A stretch of 64,000 nt of DNA from contig OX597832.1 in assembly GCA_951406725.2 (NCBI GenBank), positions 29,078,001 through 29,142,000 on the forward strand, written 5' to 3'. The position numbers were made by a program, and so were the translations under genes. Below the pieces are notes generated by a model. That model was not told the DNA's origin, did not search any database, and saw only the letters and a program-made list of their open reading frames with translations. The stretch is from Octopus vulgaris. Its lineage: Eukaryota. This document shows, in pieces, positions 1 through 12,620 of the stretch. The first letter of the stretch is position 1, and the number at the start of each line of letters is the position of its first letter.

Positions 1-290
1 ATGAATGAGAGAAGAAGGGAAGGAGGGAGGAAGAGAATGAGTGAGAGTGGGAGGGAAGGAGAGAATGCATGAGATGAGGAGGGAGGGAGAGAATTATTGA
101 AAGAGGGAAAGAAGGAGAGAATCTGTGAGAGAGAAGGGAGAGAGAATGAGTGAGAGAAGGAGGGAGGGAGAGAGAATGAGTGAGAATGGGAGGGGAGTAG
201 GAGAGAAAAAAGAGTGAGAGAAGGGGGCAATGAGGAGAAGGAGAAAGATGAATGAATGTGAGAGGGAGAGAGAGGGTGAAAGAGAATATA
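1..290. repeat. GA-rich degenerate simple repeat
   Basis: Purine-only-like tract of gagagaagggagggag / gagaatgagt units. Confidence 0.85.
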
Positions 291-599
291 GATATTGAGG
301 AATGATTGGAGGAAGATTTGGCTGCTATTTTCAAACAGATCCAACGACCACATAGACGCAGCCTCGGTGACTCCAACACTTCCGGTTTAAACCCATGCTG
401 GTTTCTGCCGATTGAAAACTCTTCAGCTCAATTCATATCGATCTCAGAATCGATCGATGGGCAAACTCGGACTTTTATGATAATATTTCTATAGCCAGGT
501 ACTTCTGGCATTGAACCCCCACTCCACACACACACACACTTAGAGGGGGGAGCACAAGGCCCTCACATGGTTGAACCACAGAGGCTGGTGGTTCTCGTT

Positions 600-731
600 T
601 TCAGCTGAATAACGACGTGAGTAGAAGTATCTTGTTCAAGGACATAATCTACTGCCCAGTCTGGAAATCGAACCTACGACTTTACGATCGTGAGCCCAAC
701 ACCTCTAACCACTTAGTCACGTGCCTTCACA
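600..731 (-). mobile_element. SINE family D head/core fragment (diverged)
   Basis: Reverse complement reads tgtgaaggcacgtgactaagtggttag...ggttcgatttcc...ccttgaacaagatact, homologous to 46984-47120. Confidence 0.7.
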
Positions 732-930
732 ATCTAGCTAAAGTGGGAGAATTGGCCCTTTCATGCTGAATGGTAATTATCTAAAACAAGGAGCAAAAAT
801 AGGAAGCCAGTAACCACCCCACCACGACCACCACGATCATCATCATCATCATCATCATCATCCTCATCATCACCACCATCACTACTATTATTAATACTAC
901 TATTTCTACTACTGCTATTACTACTTGTGT

Positions 931-1135
931 AAACACTGCAGAGTGAGACGTAATTTGTTAATCCCCGATACGGTTTCGATATTAGTCTGAAATCATTTTG
1001 ACTTCAACCAGGATGGAAAAACGCATGAACATTACAAAATCCATAAGTGACCCCTTTTTCAGGGTCTCAGAAACTGAAAGGAGGAGAGGAGATTGTTTAT
1101 TCTCAGACTAGAGACCAGACCTAGAGATGTTTATA
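931..1135 (+). repeat. ~200-bp direct repeat copy 1 (unclassified element end)
   Basis: aaacactg.agagtgagacgtaattt...gatacggtttcgatattagtctgaaatc...atgtttata recurs at 1930-2126 with few differences. Confidence 0.9.
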
Positions 1136-1928
1136 TACCTGTCGTGGTTATTAGAAAATAAAATTTGTTTCGAGTATGAATTGAAACCGCTTCGCCGTAG
1201 TTCATGTCCACCTCGCTCTTTACTAAACAATTTCAGTCTCCCTTCACTCGATACAATAATTTTTTACGACCAAATATATTTCTTTTTTTTTTTCTTTTTT
1301 TTCCCTTTTTTTTTTTCGTTTTTAGTTTCATTTTTAAGTCGTTGGATTGACAAAATTGTTAGGGAAGTCAAACAAAATGCCTTGCGGTGTTTAGTACTAC
1401 CCTTTATTTTCTGAGTTCAAGTCCCAGCGAAATCAGTTCAGGGGTTTGTTTCTCTCTTCGGAGTTGATAAAATATATCTACTTCATCAAAAACCGAGTAG
1501 ATATATTCGACTGTACACCTACCCCTATGTTAGAAATCAATAAATATAAAGGAGAATGGACATGATACGCAGTGACGGTCCTACTTATCCAATTAAGTGA
1601 CGCAAAGGGAGTTAAAAGACTTCTAGATGGAATCGAAACTGGATCATTGTTTCGGGTCATCAGAATTTCTCCTCTTGGTGTATAGCACATGGTACGCTTT
1701 ACCAAACTAAAAAAATAAAAGCTTGGTGTTTCGACCCCGTTTATAACTGGTACTTACGTAATCGAACTCTAAAAGTGAAAAGACAAAGGCAGTCACAGTG
1801 GAATTTGAGCCCCATGTCTCTGAAGGCTGAAATTCAATACAGTAATGGAGCCAATGAGATTATTTACCGTCTCTGCCATATCACTTTTATTTCCTGTCCT
1901 GGTATTGTTGTCACAGAATATTGGATGG

Positions 1929-3551
1929 CAAACACTGTGGAGTGAGACGTAATTTCACGATACGGTTTCGATATTAGTCTGAAATCGTTTTGACTTCAAC
2001 CAGGATGTAAAAACGCATGAACATCACAAAATCCATAAGTGATCCCTTTTTCAGGGTCTCAGAAACTGAAAGGAGGAGAAGAGATTATTTATTCACAAAC
2101 TAGAGACCACACCTAAATGTTTATAACAAAGTGGACGCGCTAAATACACCCAGGGGTCAGTTGGTGGTGTTAAACAAAGCGGCGAATTAAGTCAACCATC
2201 CAAACTTAGGCTGGAATCTAAGTTTTGAGCTGACACAGTCTCTATATATATACAACTGATGTCCTAGGTATGAATTTGAACTGCATCCGGTTGTGGGCTT
2301 TTGGTTTGCAAGTCACAGGGTTTGAAGGGTTTTTGGAACCACCTCTTATCCAATATTGTTCCCAGGTCTATGCGGAACCGGAGTAGTAGCACTTGTCAGG
2401 GTCACGTCTATGAGTTAATTAGCATATTAGGACTCACCTAATATGCTAATTTAAGAGTGGATCCGGCGGATTCTGCACGAGAATCTTTCATGATTCAACG
2501 GATGGGAAGACCACTGCAGCAACGTATCGTAGACTGCAGAAAGCAAAGCAAGGTAAATACGACATCTTGGTCATCCGCTGTATATATCTCCATACCTGGT
2601 CATCTTGACCTGGTCTTGCCACTGAACTGAAGGACGTTTGCGGACGAGAGAGTGGGGTTGACCGTACGCAACTCTTCTTCACTTTAAACAAAGCCACAGC
2701 AGACGTCGCTCCAACGGACGTCCATGAATTCTTTTCTACTCTAAGCACAAGGCCCAAAACATTTTCGGGAGCGGGGCGCAGTCGATTAGATCGACTCCAG
2801 TACGCAACTGGTACTTAATTTATCGACCCCGAAAGGATGAAAGGCAAAGTCGACCTCGGCAGAATTTGAACTCAGAAGTAAAGACAGATGAAATAGCGCT
2901 AAGCATTTTGCCCGGCGTGCTAACGATTCTTATTTCTTTATTGCCCACAAGAGGCTAAACATAGAGGGGACAAACAAGGACAGACAAAGGGATTAAGTCA
3001 ATTATATCGACCCCAGTGCGTAATTGGTACTTAATTTATCGACCCCGAAAGGATGAAAGGCAAAGTCGACCTCGGCGGAATTTAAACTCAGAACGTAGCG
3101 GCAGACGAAATACCTATTTCTATTTCTTTACTACCCACAAGGGGCTAAACACAGAGAAGACAAACAAGGACAGACACAAGGATTAAGTCGATTACATTGA
3201 CCCCAGTGCGTAACTGGTACTTAATTTATCGACCCCGAAAGGATGAAAGGCAAAGTCGACCTCGGCGGAATTTGAACTGAGAACGTAACGGCAGACGCGC
3301 CCGGCGTGCTAACGTTTCTGCCAGCTCGACTACAACTAAATTACATACACTGAACAACTGTAAAGAACTGTCTATTGTGGAGAGAAAAAGTGAGATCAAT
3401 TCGCTTAGTTTCACTCCAACTTCTGGAACCGGATGGAACTAAGATTTAGATATTGTCTCAATTCTTGATGAGATTCTAAGAAGAATTGAAACCAGTTAGA
3501 CTGGTCCCTCTTTTCGTGTTCACAAAGGGATTAAGTGAAATACAGTGTTTG
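1929..3551 (+). mobile_element. Unclassified interspersed element (repeat copy 2 plus extension), interrupted by SINE B stack
   Basis: Starts with the sequence duplicated at 931-1135; caaacactgt at 1929 and acagtgtttg at 3542-3551 are a possible 10-bp terminal inverted repeat; no TSD seen. Confidence 0.35.
2733..3329 (-). mobile_element. SINE family B (Meta-domain-like), three stacked modules
   Basis: Three copies of atcgaccccgaaaggatgaaaggcaaagtcgacctcggcggaatttgaactc (B box gagttcaaattcc on minus). Confidence 0.9.
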
Positions 3552-4291
3552 TAATTAAGAAGTGTGTTTAATTTTTGTGTTCAATTTTGTTTAATTAAAC
3601 GGTCCACATCCGTTCGTCTCCCAAATGCTTTCTACTATAGGCACAAGGCCTGAAGGTTCGAGGAAGGTGTTAGTCGATGACATCGACCCCAGTACTCAAC
3701 TGGTACTTATTTTATAATAATAATGCTTTCTACTATCACACATATAAGGTTGTCCCCAAAGGAGCCGCGAATCCGAAACCAAGAATCTGTGAAGTGGGCT
3801 TCTTAAGCACCCACCCTAACACTACACCCACACCAATACTCTTATAGGTACCCATACCCCTCTCTACATCCATACCCGTATCTACACCCACCTAGCCATC
3901 CCCACACCTTTATCCAGGCCTGCACCCATATTTAATTATGTCTGGCGAAAAAGAAATCTATAACTGTCAAAAGAGAACAGGTGTTTGATAGTGTATGTCC
4001 TTCTACTCGGATGGCAACAGTGTCGGGTATCCACCCCGATGAGTCAGCAGCCTTGTTGTAACGTCTCCTTTTGCTAACCTGAATAATTTAACACTTACCT
4101 GGGGTAATCAATCACTTAACCTCGCTACTTGAAACTGCAACTGTCAGACATCTTATATCATGTCAAAGTAGACTTACGCTAAATATAGACGAGGTGGTCA
4201 CGGCACGAGTGTCTTTGATAATTAAGTTTGCTCAATCGAGGTTGACTTCGAGTTACACAACATCATCATCATCAGCAGCAGCAACAACAGT

Positions 4292-4661
4292 GGAGGCGCA
4301 ATGGCCCAGTGGTTAGGGCAACTGACTCGCGGTCGGAGGATCGCGGTTTCGATTCCCAGACCGGGCGTTGTGTGTGTTTACTGAGCGAAAACACCTAAAG
4401 CTCCACGAAGCTCCGGCAGGGGGTGGTGGTGACCCCTGTTGTACTCTTTCGCTCCAACTTTCTCTCACTCTTTCTTCCTGTTTCTCGTCCCCGACTTCCT
4501 ACGCAACCGCTGAGCCTGGATGCGCATTCATCCATCCGTCGATGCTCTCGGTGTCGGGGGTTGACCTGCTTTCTCTTCTGCGGGTCTTACGAATAGCAAA
4601 GGACCACGTTTCGGACTTCTCCCACTACAGGACGAAGACCGCTTCGCTCAACAAACAAACA

Positions 4662-4663
<2 letters not shown>
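4292..4663 (+). mobile_element. SINE family C, tail variant 1
   Basis: tRNA-like head ggaggcgcaatggcccagtggttaggg...ggtttcgattccc; shared body to ctctcactctttcttcctg; unique tail ending (caaa)n. Confidence 0.9.
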
Positions 4664-4693
<30 letters not shown>

Positions 4694-5221
4694 TCGCAGC
4701 TATATGTGTGTATGCAGCAAAGGTTATAGACATGATACTATGAATCGTTGTCGCTAGAAACGGTTTCGCATCGCTCTTCATGTGGCTGCCCGACCTGCTA
4801 GACATAGCAGCCAAATCACCCCACAATCATACTCTTCTGTCTTAAAAAAAATAAATTACTCCTCAGTAATTTATACAGATGAGTAAAGCAGTGTAAAGTT
4901 ATAATCTTCTTTAGACTAGCATTTAGGAGATATATCGATTATCGATCTATTGGTGATTGACTAACCTCTCATCCAATTGGGAGATCAATCAGACATCTGT
5001 TTAGGAAAGGAATCCAGGAAGCAATAACCTAAAACAGGTTTATTTCACTAAAAAATCCCCCCTCTCTCTATCCAAAGACGAAGTATTCGGCAGAGATATA
5101 ATGACACATTAAGAAGTAACAATATACATTCCTTTCTCTTTAATTCAACCACTGGCAAGACGATGCCTCTATGTGGTCACTCGAACCGCAAGAAATAGTA
5201 ACCAAATCCTCTCAGAGTACA

Positions 5222-5651
5222 CTCTTTACTCTCTTTTACTCTTTTACTTGTTTCAGTCATTTGACTGCGGCCATGCTGGAGCACCGCCTTTAGTCGAGCA
5301 AATCGACCTCGGGACTTATTATTTGTAAGCCCAGTACTTATTCTAGCGGTCTCTTTTGCCGAACCGCTAAGTGACGGGGACGTAAACACACCAGCATCGG
5401 TTGTCAAGCAATGTTAGGGGGACAAACACACACACACAAACACACACACACATATATATATATATAAATATATATATATATACATATATACGACAGGCTT
5501 CTTTCAGTTTCCGTCTGCCAAATCCACTCACAAGGCATTAGTCGGCCTGGGGCTATAGCAGAAGACACTTGCCCAAGATGCCACGCAGTGGGACTAAACC
5601 CAGAACCATGTGGTTGGTAAGCAAGCTACTTACCACACAGCCACTCCTGCG
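5222..5651 (-). mobile_element. SINE family A, full length
   Basis: A box tggctgtgtgg, B-box-like sequence, cttgggcaagtgtctt core, internal (TA)/(TG) tract, (gtaaaaga)n tail on minus. Confidence 0.92.
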
Positions 5652-6037
5652 TTTTACATAAAGACACTGGACATTGCTCTCCTAAGTTACTTCTCAGCGG
5701 AACAGTCACGGTTGAAACGGCTTTGGATCGTAGGTCTACACCGTCAGGGGCTGACCCGAGGCTACACAACAACTCAACCACTTCAAACTGAATCCAGAAG
5801 AATGTAAATAAAGAATTTCGTAAGGGATCGAAATCAACGTAGAGAATCACGTGGAACCTGGTGTCGTCGGTGGTTCGGCCATGTTAGTTTGGCCTCTGAA
5901 TGTCGGTTCGCCATTTCCATATTAAGTAGACATTAAGTAGAGAGTGGAAGGGTTAAATATAAATGCGTTGGTTGCGAGAGGTCATATATTAACTGCAGTG
6001 ACTAATAAAGTCGAAGACTTCATTAACGGATCTGTGG

Positions 6038-6054
6038 CAGCGCCATCTACTGGC
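6038..6054 (-). promoter_or_regulatory. Putative CTCF binding site
   Basis: Minus strand GCCAGTAGATGGCGCTG matches the CTCF core consensus CCASYAGRKGGCRSY in unique sequence. Confidence 0.55.
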
Positions 6055-6169
6055 GGCCATAACAAATGCTATTTTATGGCTTTGAAATTAGCTTAATACC
6101 ATTAAAATGCAAATGTTTTTATCGTAAAATGAAGCAGAGCTAAACCGGCTTTAATGGGGTTGCGTACAC

Positions 6170-6224
<55 letters not shown>

Positions 6225-6356
6225 ATATGGTGTGTGCGTGTGCTTGTGTTGATGTGTATGTATATATGAGAATGGAAGAAAGCTAATGAAAGAATGTGTA
6301 TTCATATATGTATTTATGTATGTGTGTATGTATGTATGTGTGTATGTATGTATGTA

Positions 6357-6387
<31 letters not shown>

Positions 6388-6790
6388 TGTATGTATGTAT
6401 GTATGTATGTGTGCATGTGTGTGTATATGTATGTATATTGATATATATATATATGAATATATGCAGTATGAATGTATGTCTTTATACGTTTATATCTGTA
6501 TGTGTATAAGATGGTATATTTGTATGTATATGTATACGTGTGTGTATATATATATGTGTGTGTGTGTGTGTGTATGTATGTAGGTATGTATGTATGTATA
6601 AATGTATGTATATAGAGAGAGATCCGTGTGCATGTGTATAAGTATATATATGCAAGTGTGCACGTATAAATGTATTATATGTATCTACATGTATATATAT
6701 GTGCGTATATATGAATATATATATACACGCACATACACACACACATATTAATGTGTGTAATTACATATACAAATGTACATATGCATGTAT
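6170..6790. repeat. (TG)n/(TATG)n compound microsatellite
   Basis: Direct reading. Confidence 0.95.
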
Positions 6791-7046
6791 GAAGTGAGTG
6801 GTGATGGTCGTGATGGAGGTTCTGGTTAACAGAAGTTCCAAGTTGGAACTGGTTATAACCAGTTATTAAACAAACTGAATCGTTAGAACAGCAGTCACAG
6901 ATGAGATGAATTCGTATTCTGTTGGGTAAATTACAGCGTTTTAATACTTGGAATAAGAATGGCAGGACAACACTTGAAAGCGAATTAGAAACCTAGCATC
7001 ATCATCAGCATCATCATTATTAATATTATTGCTGTTGTTGTTAAAG

Positions 7047-7625
7047 AGGCGAGCTGGCAGAATCGTTAGCACGTCGGGCGAAATGCTTAGCGGTATTTCG
7101 TCTGTCGTTACGTTGTGAGTTCAAATTCCGCCGAGGTCGACTTTGCCTTTCATCCATTCGGGGTCGATTAAATAAGTACCAGTTACGCACTGGGTCGATG
7201 TAATCGACTTAATACCTATGTCTGTCCTTGTTTGTCCTCTCTGTGTTTAGCCCCTTGTGGGTAATAAAGAAATAGGTATTTCGTCTGCCACTACGCTCTC
7301 AGTTCAAATTCCGCCGAGGTCGACTTTGCCTTTCATCCTTTCGGAGTTGATAAATTAAGTACCAGTTACGCACTGGGGTCGATATAATTGACTTAATCCG
7401 TTTGTCTGTCCTTGTTTGTCCCCTCTGTGTTTAGCCCCTTGTGGGTAGTAAAGAAATAGGTATTTCGTCTGCCGCTACGTTCTGAGTTCAAATTCCGCAG
7501 AGTTCCACTTTGCCTTTCATCCTTTCAGGGTCGATAAAATTAGTACCAGTTATGCACTGGAGTCGATATAAATCGACTTAATTCCTTCCCCCAAATTTGA
7601 GGCTTTGTGCTTCCAGCAGAAAGGA
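7047..7625 (+). mobile_element. SINE family B: one head plus three modules
   Basis: ggcgagctggcagaatcgttag head; module joints aaagaaatag|gtatttcgtctgcc at ~7275 and ~7460; last module has the alternative tail (cccaaatttgaggctttgtg). Confidence 0.92.
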
Positions 7626-7769
7626 TTATTATTATTATTATCATTGCCTTTGCACAGCTCCTAACGCTGGAGATGTACTACGGTGCCAGCTGTTCACTAC
7701 AACTGAACTAAGGTAGCACCGCGTATTTTTCGAGCACCATCCGGAGTATTCGAGCGGTTCTGAGCAGTA

Positions 7770-8260
7770 CCACCACCACCACCATCACCATCACTACCAC
7801 CACCCCCATTACCACCACCACCACCACCACCACCACAACCACCACTACCATTACCATCACCACCACCACCACAACCACCACTACCATTACCATCACCACC
7901 ACCATCACCACGACAACCACCATTACCACCACCATCATCACCACCAACACCACCGCCATCACCACCATCAACATCACCACCACCACCACCAGTATCCCCG
8001 CCTCTGCCACTACAATTTGCAACACTACCACCATCGCTGCACTCCACCACTATCACCACCACCACCCCATTGCTTCATTACCATCACCACTACTACCATC
8101 ACTGCACCACCACCACAAGACGCATCATCAACACCAACACTACAAGTACCACTACCACTACCACATACATCACCACCACCACCACAACCACACCATAACT
8201 CCCACCATCACCACTACCATAAACACCAATACCACTTTCACTACTACCACCTTACACTCA
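7770..8260. repeat. (CAC)n degenerate trinucleotide repeat
   Basis: Direct reading. Confidence 0.9.
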
Positions 8261-9222
8261 CCAACGTCAGGTTTTGGTTTATCGAGGGGTGGTGGTGGTC
8301 CCAAACAGTTCCGCCCTCACCCACCCACCCCCGCTTCCCCAACCAGCGGGTGGTCCACCTAAGATGGTGTCAAACCTCATCTTTTCTCACCCCAACAACC
8401 ACCGGCTCATTGCTCGCTTGGCATCCGGAATATTTCACGTTGCAAACCAGCGCTTGTCAAACAAGATAGCAACGGCGAGAGGCTTCGAGAAGCCTCGCGC
8501 TACGGTGGCAAATCAAGGGGAGCAAAAATATATATATATATAATGAACAAAGACAAAAGGACAAATAAAAAAATAAAAAATAAATAAAGTGGGAGGGGCA
8601 GGACAGAAAGAAAGGGTGGCGGAGGAAGAAGACAAGGGGGTGAAAAAAAAAAGGGTCTCTTTGTCCAATTTGACACTGGTGTACATCGTTACACCCTTCA
8701 TAGATTCGGGGTTTATCAAGTGGTAAAGAGTCATCCACGACCATCTCTCTCCCTCTGTCTCTCCTTCTCTCTCTCTCTCTCTCTCTCATCCTCTCTCTCT
8801 CTCTCTCCCTCTTCCTTATTTATTAATGTCAACATTGACAGCATATAGGTGCGACAATGAAGAAAATTAAAGGTTACACTTGTCGGTGTGTGTGTGTGTG
8901 TGCGTGTGTGTTTGTATGTGTGACTGTGTGTGTATGTGTGTGTGAGCGTGCATAGTGTATTTGTGCGTGTGTGTAAATATATATATATATACGTGTGTGT
9001 GTGCTCGTGTAACACATGAAGAGAGCAAGCCATATTTGAATCGCCAACAGATAACAATATCTGTTTCGTGTTTATGTAGCACATCGTAAAATTGATTAGA
9101 TTCATGCACACACACATACGCACATACATATATACGTATGTGTATACACATACTCACACACTCACACACTCACACACACAATAAAACTAATGGTTTCAAA
9201 TTTTGGCACAAGACCAGCAATT

Positions 9223-11031
9223 CTTATTCTTTGTAAGCATAGTACTTATTCTATCGGTCTCTTTTGCCGAACCGCTAACTTACGGGGACGTAAACACGCC
9301 ACCATCGGTTGTCAAGTGATTTTGGGAGGACAAACACAGACACAAAAACACACACACATACACACATATATATATATATACATATATACGATGGGCTTCT
9401 TTCAGTTTCCGTCTACCAAATCCACTCACAAGGCTTTGGTTGGCCCGAGGCTATAGTAAAAGACACTTGCCCAAGGTGCCACGCAGTGGGACTGAACCCG
9501 GAACCATGTGGTTGCTAAGCAAGCTACTTACGACACAGCCACTCACATATATACGACGGGCTTCTTTCAGTTTCCGTCTACCAAATCCACTCCCAAGGCT
9601 TTGGTCGGCCCGAGGCTATAGTAAAAGACACTTGCCCAAGGTGCCACGCAGTGGGACTCAACCGGGAACCATGTGGTTGGTAAGCAAGCTACTTACGACA
9701 CAGCCACTCACATACATACGACGGGCTTCTTTCAGTTTCCGTCTACCAAATCCACTCACAAGGCTTTGGTCGGCCCGAGGCTATAGTAAAAGACACTTGC
9801 CCAAGGTGCCACGCAGTGGGACTGAACCCGGAACCATGTGGTTGCTAAGCAAGCTACTTACCACACAGCCACTCACATACATACGACGGGCTTCTTTCAG
9901 TTTCCGTCTACCAAATCCACTCACAAGGCTTTGGTCGGCCCGAGGCTATAGTAAAAGACACTTGCCCAAGGTGCCACGCAGTGGGACTGAACCGGGAACC
10001 ATGTGGTTGGTAAGCAAGCTACTTACGACACAGCCACCCACATACATACGACGGGCTTCTTTCAGTTTCCGTCTACCAAATCCACTCACAAGGCTTTGGT
10101 CGGCCCGAGGCTATAGTAAAAGACACTTGCCCAAGGTGCCACGCAGTGGGACTGAACCGGGAACCATGTGGTTGGTAAGCAAGCTACTTACCACACAGCC
10201 ACTCACATACATACGACGGGCTTCTTTCAGTTTCCGTCTACCAAATCCACTCACAAGGCTTTGGTCGGCCCGAGGCTATAGTAAAAGACACTTGCCCAAG
10301 GTGCCACGCAGTGGGACTGAACCGGGAACCATGTGGTTGCTAAGCAAGCTACTTACCACACAGCCACTCACATACATACGACGGGCTTCTTTCAGTTTCC
10401 GTCTACCAAATCCACTCACAAGGCTTTGGTCGGCCCGAGGCTATAGTAAAAGACACTTGCCCAAGGTGCCACGCAGTGGGACTGAACCGGGAACCATGTG
10501 GTTGGTAAGCAAGCTACTTACCACACAGCCACTCACATACATACGACGGGCTTCTTTCAGTTTCCGTCTACCAAATCCACTCACAAGGCTTTGGTCGGCC
10601 CGAGGCTATAGTAAAAGACACTTGCCCAAGGTGCCACGCAGTGGGACTGAACCGGGAACCATGTGGTTGCTAAGCAAGCTACTTACCACACAGCCACTCA
10701 CATACATACGACGGGCTTCTTTCAGTTTCCGTCTACCAAATCCACTCACAAGGCTTTGGTCGGCCCGAGGCTATAGTAAAAGACACTTGCCCAAGGTGCC
10801 ACGCAGTGGACTGAACCGGGAACCATGTGGTTGGTAAGCAAGCTACTTACCACACAGCCACTCACATACATACGACGGGCTTCTTTCAGTTTCCGTCTAC
10901 CAAATCCACTCACAAGGCTTTGGTCGGCCCGAGGCTATAGTAAAAGACACTTGCCCAAGGTGCCACGCAGTGGGACTGAACCGGGAACCATGTGGCTGGT
11001 AAGCAAGCTACTTACCACAAAGCTACTCCTG
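9223..11031 (-). mobile_element. SINE family A with 10 tandem copies of its 165-bp 5' portion
   Basis: gtgccacgcagtgg at 9476, 9641, 9806, 9971, 10136, 10301, 10466, 10631, 10796, 10960; single 3'-truncated body at 9223-9385. Confidence 0.95.
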
Positions 11032-11401
11032 TGTGTGTGTGTGGAAGATATGATGTTTATCCCAATTATCTGCGGCAAATGAAAGGAATGGGAGAAAGTA
11101 ATAAATAAATAAACCCGTTTGGTTTATAAATCTTCAATGCTATTGAATTACATTGGGTTTCAAATCTGTCTACATTTAGTCGAGGCTGTGAAATATCATA
11201 AAGAATAATTTATGAAGAGTCGCAAGGCAAATAATAATAAGAGAAGTGGAAAAGTAATTGCAAGGTTGTAACTTCTAAAAGGGTGATAATGATAACATTA
11301 AACGGTGTTTTGTAATCGGGGGAAAATGAAAGTGAAAGTAAAAGGATCGTCGAGTTAGAAGGAAATACTGAGAGTTCATAAATTACACTGTGCAACGAAA
11401 T

Positions 11402-11832
11402 TTTTACTCTTTATTTTACTCTTTTACTCTTTTACTTGTTTCAGTCATTTGACTGCGGCCATGCTGGAGCACCGCCTTTAGTCGAGCAAATCGACCCCGG
11501 GACTTATTCTTTGGAAGCCTAGTACTTATTCTATCGGTCACTTTTGCCGAACCGCTAAGTGGTGGGGACGTAAACACAGCAGCATCGGTTGTCAAGCAAT
11601 GCTAGGGGCACAAACACAGACACACAAACACAAACACACACACACATACACATATATATACATATATACGACAGGCTTCTTTCAGTTTCCGTCTACCAAA
11701 TCCACTCACAAGGCATTGGTCGACCCGGGGCTATAGCAGAAGACACTTGCCCAAGATGCCACGCAGTGGGACTGAACCCGGAACCATGTGGTTGGTTAGC
11801 AAGCTACTTACCACACAGCCACTCCTGCGCCT
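11402..11832 (-). mobile_element. SINE family A, full length
   Basis: Near-identical to 5222-5651 and 24233-24663. Confidence 0.93.
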
Positions 11833-12322
11833 ATTTTATTTATTTTATTTATTTTTTATTTTATTTCATTTATTTTATTTATTTATTGTGTTGTCTTTGG
11901 TTTGTAAGTGTTATTTCCTATTCGCTTGTATCTAGAAAATAATGGAAATCACTATTATTCTCTTCGAACTCTGCTTTTGTGACCTGAACATCAATGTTCC
12001 GAAACTGACCTATTTTCCATTACATTTCAAACAGATCCAGCTCTGAGTTGCTGAAGCAGAAATATCGTTATAGCAAATATTCTGCTCAACACCACAGACT
12101 TGCTTGTCAGATGATTTGACCTTAACCACTTGGGCATGTCCCTTAGTGGCTAACAGTATGTGCATCCCCGATGATGAGCAGGAGTAGTGGGGCAGCATCA
12201 TAGCCATGTGCCACGAGGGATTCTTTGGGGTTTGAATAAATGTAGCAAAAGCAAAATTTGAAGGAAATATTTGCCATATATGAAGGCGCATGCCGAGGGG
12301 TTAGGCTGTTGTACTCACGTTC

Positions 12323-12620
12323 ACTATAGCCTCGAGCCTACCAAAGCCTTGTGAGTGGATCTGGTAGACAGAAACTGAAAGAAGCCCGTATATATATGTA
12401 TGTGAGCATATATGTTTGTCTATGTTTGTCCCCACCACCATCGCTTAATAACCGATGCTGGTGTGATTACGTCCCCGTAACTTAGCGGTTCGGCAAATGA
12501 GACCGATAGAATAAGTACTAGGCATACAAAAAATGCGTCCCGGGGTCGATTTGCTCGACAAAAGGCGGTGTTCCAACATGGCCGCAGTCATATGACTGAA
12601 ACAATTAAAAGAATAAAAGA
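12323..12620 (+). mobile_element. SINE family A, 5'-truncated
   Basis: actatagcctcg...caaagccttgtgagtggat...gcagtcatatgactgaaac. Confidence 0.88.

Noticed and set aside
4036-4066. Possible third hammerhead ccgatgag-tcagca-gcct-tgttg-taacgtc
   Set aside because: Both core boxes are altered and no stem I pairing; at most a decayed relic
4292-4365. tRNA genes at SINE heads (also 41940, 46984, 56445, 57040, 39257-39320)
   Set aside because: A and B boxes are present but no closed acceptor stem or oligo-T terminator; each continues into a repeat body
9440-10837. 465-aa ORF with 55-aa repeats as a protein-coding gene
   Set aside because: It is the antisense reading of tandem SINE heads; the same peptide appears in every SINE A copy, the start is non-ATG, and the frame is broken by a 1-bp deletion in unit 9
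11960-12245. Complex segment that looks like another interspersed repeat
   Set aside because: Single copy in the window with no termini or ORF; cannot be supported from sequence alone
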